The notes beneath the pieces were generated by a model. It did no database searches, was not told the DNA's origin, and saw nothing but the letters and a program-made list of their open reading frames with translations. This document shows, one piece after another, positions 31,706 through 32,000 of a stretch of DNA of 32,000 nt (within the stretch, counting starts at the first letter, position 1; each line of letters opens with the position of its first letter). The stretch is from Phycisphaera mikurensis NBRC 102666. Lineage in GTDB: Bacteria; Planctomycetota; Phycisphaerae; Phycisphaerales; Phycisphaeraceae. Where the stretch lies: positions 3,150,001 through 3,182,000 of the forward strand of contig NC_017080.1 in NCBI RefSeq assembly GCF_000284115.1. Direction: 5' to 3'. The position numbers and the translations under genes are program-made.

Positions 31706-32000
31706 TCAGGTGAGGTACGTGTACCCGGCCAGGCCTTCTTCGTAGAAGCGGCGGAGCGTCGCCGCCTCCTCGCCGGTCAGCCGGCCGTCGGCGGCCGCGG
31801 CCTCGACGCTCTTGCCGAAGCGGCGGGACAGCTCCTCGGGGCGGTACTGCACGTAGCCGAGCACCTCGGCGACGGTGTCGCCGAGCACGATCTCGTCGAT
31901 CCTGGCCCGCCCCGTGGCGTCGACTTCCACGTGGACGGCGTTGACGTCGCCGAAGAGGTTGTGCAGGTCGCCGAGGGTTTCCTGGTACGCGCCCACGAGG
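31706..32000 (-). CDS. speA: biosynthetic arginine decarboxylase, C-terminal fragment (5' part outside window)
   Basis: GAYQE.LGDLHNLFGD.NAVHV......I.....GDTV.EVL.YV.Y and the terminal GYTYL are the conserved SpeA C-terminus. Confidence 0.9.
   Translation of the reverse strand, partial: LVGAYQETLGDLHNLFGDVNAVHVEVDATGRARIDEIVLGDTVAEVLGYVQYRPEELSRRFGKSVEAAAADGRLTGEEAATLRRFYEEGLAGYTYLT

Overview
Very GC-rich bacterial chromosomal segment (by eye above 70% GC) carrying about 30 genes and no rRNA, tRNA, CRISPR, transposase, integrase or recognisable defence genes. Recognisable genes are pth (partial), pckA, hisF, a STAS protein, a PspA/IM30 gene with a membrane partner, aroB, an SMP-30/gluconolactonase-like gene, gmk, a GmhB-like HAD phosphatase fusion, holA, rfbD-like, a 2-hydroxyacid dehydrogenase, rpiB, lipB, leuA, a GT2 glycosyltransferase, rpsL-rpsG, the flagellar block flgF-flgG-flgA-flgH, a beta-lactamase-fold serine hydrolase, rpsA, an NTF2-like secreted protein and speA (partial). 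Pathway genes are scattered: hisF stands alone and rpsL-rpsG has no fusA/tuf. With the flagellar genes this is compatible with a Planctomycetota/Phycisphaerae-like genome, but that is inference only. The long Arg/Pro/Ala/Gly-rich ORFs overlapping these genes are high-GC shadow ORFs. The non-genic layer is the most interesting part:
- A 46-bp palindromic element (CCGCGGACCG-N26-CGGTCCGCGG) occurs six times with an invariant 26-nt spacer, twice inside coding sequence.
- A BIME-like array of alternating palindromes sits in four ~106-bp tandem units.
- Two large inverted arrays of GA-rich/CT-rich short repeats sit at the hisF 3' end and in the flgF-flgG gap.
- TANNNT boxes lie 6-9 nt upstream of 13 start codons, suggesting widespread leaderless mRNAs. 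Subsets share CCGGTA or a 36-nt cassette.
- A near-consensus sigma54 promoter lies upstream of flgF.
I did not recognise a novel protein-based system.
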